From assembly GCA_026770705.1 (NCBI GenBank), contig JANJGN010000020.1:66216001-66280000 (forward strand): a stretch of DNA of 64,000 bases, read 5' to 3'. Below the pieces are notes generated by a model. That model was not told the DNA's origin. It did not search any database and saw nothing but the letters and a program-made list of their open reading frames with translations. The stretch is from Isurus oxyrinchus (Eukaryota). Positions 59,790 through 64,000 of the stretch are shown here, piece after piece; within the stretch, counting starts at the first letter, position 1; every line of letters starts with the position of its first letter. Made by a program: the position numbers and the translations under genes.

Positions 59790-62740
59790 TCAGCCCGCTG
59801 CCCAAATAGAGGTGCCCCCCGCAGGTCCACCTGTCTCCACTCCCGGAAGGTGAGTCTTGGTTGAAGCGAACATGCAGCCTTGCAGTGTGGGTTAGGAGAA
59901 TGCCTATACCTGAGCTGAGAGCACAGCATGCAGTCCAGTGGTCGAAGCTGCCCCGAGTTGGTCAAGATGGCGTGGAGCGGAGTGCACTACATACTAGCCA
60001 TCCAAGTGGTGGCCGGCACTCTCCGCTTGCGTGAAGGGACCTTCAAACTTAGCAAAAGAGGTTCTTAGTACACCTGTACTAACCCACACGTCTCTCTCTT
60101 TGATCCTGCAGGAGCAGAGCATCAGGATCATGGAGCCTGATAATTTAGCAGAATGCCTAATGGCTTGTAGAAGAGAGAGGTGGAGGCACCTGGCTCGGCA
60201 AAGGGAGGAACACCTCCCTCAAGATGAAGGGGTGACAGAGCATGCTGTGCACACAGCTGAAGATCCACAAAGAACCGTTGCTCGTAAGCGCCTTGCTAGA
60301 CCCAGGGTTTATGAACGGCACTTGTCATTCCTTCAGATGACCAAGAGCCAGCATTGCCGAAGACTGCACATGTCTAGGGACCTGGTCAGTCACATATGCC
60401 ACTGCTGCAGGATTTGGTGCCACAGGGGCATGGCGAGCATCCACTGCCAGTGGCTGTGAAAGTGACTGCGGTGCTCAATTTCTATGCCAGTGATTCCTTC
60501 TATGCCTCCAGAGGTGACCTGTGTGGGATCCACACACCACGTGTATCCAAGAGGTCACAGGCACCATTTTCACAATGGCACAAACTTTGTGCATTTCACC
60601 CAGGATCAGGAAAGCCAGGAAGCAAGAGCATTGGGAATTGTGCAGATCTCTGACATCTTCCAGGCTCCAAGTAGGCTGCTGGGTTGGCTCCTCAGGTACA
60701 AGGCTACCCACAGAGGACGTGGCTGATGACTATGGCAAAGCGACGGTATAATGAGGCTCATGCTGCAATCCAGACTTTGGTGGAGCAAACCATAGGCATT
60801 TTGAAAATGAGGTTCCAGTGCCTCGACAGGTCGGGTGGGGCACCGCAATACAGTCCCCAGAGTGTCTCACATATCATCGTGCTTGCTGTGCGCTCCACAA
60901 CCTGGCACTGCAAAGTGGGTGAGGACCTGGCTGAGGAGGAGATGCACGAGTCCTCTGATGAGGACGGTGAAGGGGATTACAGGGATGTGGTCCTTGAAGG
61001 CAAGGATGGCGGTGATGAGGTTATTGCACTGGCCTGATGAGCCAGGCGCACTTGGGAGGCCCTCATAGCAGCAAGCTTCATGGAGGATGATGACAAGATG
61101 CAGTGGGGACAGTTCTGACATCCTCATCTTGAACCTGTGAACATTTGACTCTTGTGTGGCTGATGGCAGCCATGGAGACGCATTGGAGGCCCTAATAGTC
61201 GCTAGATTCCAGGAGGATGATGACGACATGCAGTGAGGACATTCCATAGATCTTAACTGAGCCCCTGTGAATGTCTGATTCCTGTCTGGCTGAGGGTAGC
61301 TTGCTTGTGCTCTGTGATCAGGATCATATCATGGAGACGCAGCCGTGAAACTTTAAATGCATCTAATCCTTTGTCCGCCTTCAGCACCTGAGCCCTTCAG
61401 GAGTACAGTGTCACCAGACACATGCTGAAGAGATGGAGGGCCAGCCCCAGCTCAAAGGTGCTGAGAGCACACAGAGAGAACATTGGAAATCTGTGATACC
61501 TGTCCACAACATTCTGGCAGCAATGACAAGCACCATCGAGGTGCAGACATCACTAGCGTGTCCAGTGAGTGTGAGGCTGGACCATTATTTTGATCTGAAG
61601 GTTACACACTGCACAGGGAAGAGGCCCTGAACTGAGACACCTGCCTTTATCTTGTGCAGGAACTAAGGTTTCACATCTAAGTGACACGAACATTGCTCAT
61701 CACAACAACGAGCCCACAGTCAAGGAGACATTCTTGGGAGTTTATTCACAATAGTGAATATTAAGTACAAGTGATTAACACCCATGCCCAGGCTGCGCAA
61801 CATCTCCTGTGGCTCAGCTGGCAGCATTCCTGCCTCTAGTGCCTGACAGTTGTAGGTTCTAGCTCGACTCCAGGCCTTGAAGAGAGTTAAGGAAAAGGAA
61901 TATTCACAATGTGGCCTATCAGCCCATGAACCCTTACCTTAAAGGGTCACATCCCCTTAACCTTCCTAACCCGATTGATATGCACTGTCTGTGGTGACCT
62001 TGTCGGGTGTCCTCTGGAGGGCCCGGGCCTGCTTTCTAGGTCCTGCTGTGTGGCAGTGACACCCTGCTCAACTGTGGAGCTGGAGCTGCTGGGGTCACAG
62101 GAAGAGGGGATTTGAACGGGCCGGACACTCCCTGATGGCCCCGTGGCATGCACCAGCGGATCCTCTTCCCTGTGGGTACCCGAGGACGCCTGGCTGACTC
62201 CTTGAGAAGGGGAAGTTGGAATGAAATCAAGCTGCCCCACACCCTGTTCGCATTGACACTGTTGGAAGCCAACTATAGTATCAGCAATGGAGTTCAGCCC
62301 ATGCAGCAGTGCAGGACCAATGTCCTGGACCATGGTCTCCATCCTACCAGTTTTGACCCCAGTGCATTGGTATGCTGGTGCTATTACCTCAGCCTGAAGG
62401 TGGACGGACTCCTCCATTATGCCTTGCAATCTGAGGAGTGCAGCGGACAACCCTTCCTGATGTTCCCGAGCTTGCCTTTGCAGCTCCAGCAACTGAGGTT
62501 TGACCGAGTCCAGAGGCTCCTCATCTGACTCGGATTCAGCAGATTTCTGGCCTCCAGCCGTCCTCTGAGTGCCAGAAAGCTGAGAAGTCCCTGCCGCCGC
62601 CTGCTGTGGATCAGACGGTGCTTTGCGCTCACCAGATTATGACCCCGAGACTACTCTAGAACTAGGTCCCAGAGAGGTGTATGTCTGCGCTGAGGGAAGG
62701 TATGGGTGCACCCTGTGATGGTTGTTCAATTAGGGTGTCA
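59790..62740. mobile_element. PIF/Harbinger copy 2 (decayed, partial), inverted relative to copy 1
   Basis: Transposase on + from ATG 60130 (MEPDNLAECL..YNEAHAAIQTLVEQTIGILKMRFQCLDRSGG); Myb/SANT-ORF C-terminal exon on - (61947-62492); colinear with 48840-52130. Confidence 0.87.
61808..61947 (+). mobile_element. Short tRNA-headed SINE inserted in Harbinger copy 2
   Basis: TGGCTCAGCTGG (A box), GGTTCTAGCTC (degenerate B box), ends AAAGGGT; flanked by ACATCTCC / ACATCCCC; absent from copy 1. Confidence 0.6.
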
Positions 62741-63782
62741 TCAGTTTGTGTATAAATTTTCATTTAAACTGTATGGAAGCCAGAGGCCTAAGATAATTAA
62801 AAGCAAAATGAAAACCAGGCTTCTGTGTAAAAAGTAAAAGAACAAATAGATCCTTGATAGTTGCTTTGCAGAAGAGATTTCTGTTTGCTGCCATTGCAGC
62901 TGGCAGGTAAATGCCTTTTCCCTTCCCGGTATCGTACTTTTGCAAAACTGGGACGATTCCACCCAATGAGTTCCTGAAACACAGGCCTGGTGTCTCATGC
63001 ATGAAGCACCATTGCCAAATTCCCCTTGACCTCCACCTCCCACTAAGCCTCCAGAATACTCTCCATCCAGTGTTTGGCCAAGTTGAGCCTGCCTCAGCAC
63101 TGCAGCCAACTCCTATTTTCTGATACTGCTCTAAGTAATCACTGCCATCTTGTTGTCCATTCACTTAGCCTGTCTATACCTCTTTGCAGCCTCTTTGTAC
63201 ATGTGGGTGAGAATTCTTGGGATATCCTGAAATTTTCACCCATGGAAAGGAAAATATTTTCTTTGCATGCCTGGGGAACGAAAAAATTGTGAACTTCATT
63301 GGGATGAAATTGTTGGGAAAAAACAGTCCAAACATGATATTGAAAGAAGAGGAGGAATCAAAATTGCAGCATATAATGGGAGGGGAAAGAAAGAGGACTG
63401 TCAGGTTGAAATAGGTGAAAGATGGGTGGAAGAGAAGAAAACTGTCAAACAACTAAAAGAATATGTAAAGTGTAAGAAACCTTGGACAAATTAAGCAGGT
63501 TCACAAAAGTGACAGAGACAATAGTAGACATGTCACATTCATTTGTTCTCCATGATAAGCAACTGAATGGACCGTGAAGAGAATAAAAGTTTGGGCACCC
63601 TTCCTATAAAGAGATCTAATATTAATGTTCAAAACTAAACTAATGAAAATAGGAAAGAAAGATCGAACCTCAACAACTCCTCGCTTATAATGCAATGCAT
63701 CTCCAAAAAGTAGGTGACAGCTATTCACATTAATGAGAAGACTTCTTTTGTAAAGGAACTGTCAACATTAATTCATTATCAG

Positions 63783-64000
63783 TAACAACAGCTTGCATTT
63801 ATATAGCGTCTTTAATGTAGAATAAACATCCCTAGATACTTCACAGGGGTCTTATCAGACAAAATTTGACAGAGCCACATAAATAAATATTGGGACATGT
63901 GGATAAAAGTTTGGTTGAATAGGTTGCTTTTAAGAAGGAGAGAAAATTAGCAAGGTGCCGTGGTTTAGAGAGGGAATTCCAGAACTTAGGATCTAGGCAG
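63783..64000 (-). mobile_element. L2-type LINE 3' end
   Basis: aacaacagcttgcatttatatagcg..ttggttgaataggttgcttttaag..gagggaattccagaacttagg, reverse complement of the type at 55380-55738. Confidence 0.65.

Noticed and set aside
60031-61100. Domesticated HARBI1-like host gene
   Set aside because: Frameshifts, an internal deletion of the catalytic motif, and a second decayed copy nearby indicate a transposon relic
62741-63780. Possible next AGK exon or transposon ORF
   Set aside because: No translation resembling the expected downstream AGK peptide and no motif I could recognise

Overview
Eukaryotic (vertebrate, very likely cartilaginous-fish/shark-type, judged from the repeat families) genomic DNA lying entirely inside the acylglycerol kinase gene AGK on the + strand. 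Ten consecutive internal coding exons can be read (40, 80, 76, 93, 33, 95, 70, 80, 58 and 148 nt, all AG/GT and phase-compatible). The start and last exons are outside the window or not recognised. The introns hold many repeats: numerous CR1/L2-group LINE fragments, tRNA-derived SINEs, five Penelope-like pLTR copies with minimal hammerhead-ribozyme motifs (three form long hairpins), a complete but decayed Ty1/Copia (GalEa-like) LTR retrotransposon with an iMet PBS, two oppositely oriented PIF/Harbinger transposons plus derivatives, MITEs and four minisatellites. The most striking observation is apparent target-site-specific retrotransposition. A Tx1-type LINE fragment and two tRNA-Thr-derived SINE insertions are stacked at one nucleotide position, the stop codon of the Harbinger Myb/SANT ORF, and a different SINE sits at the equivalent position and orientation in the second Harbinger copy. 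Repeat boundaries without a stated TSD are approximate.
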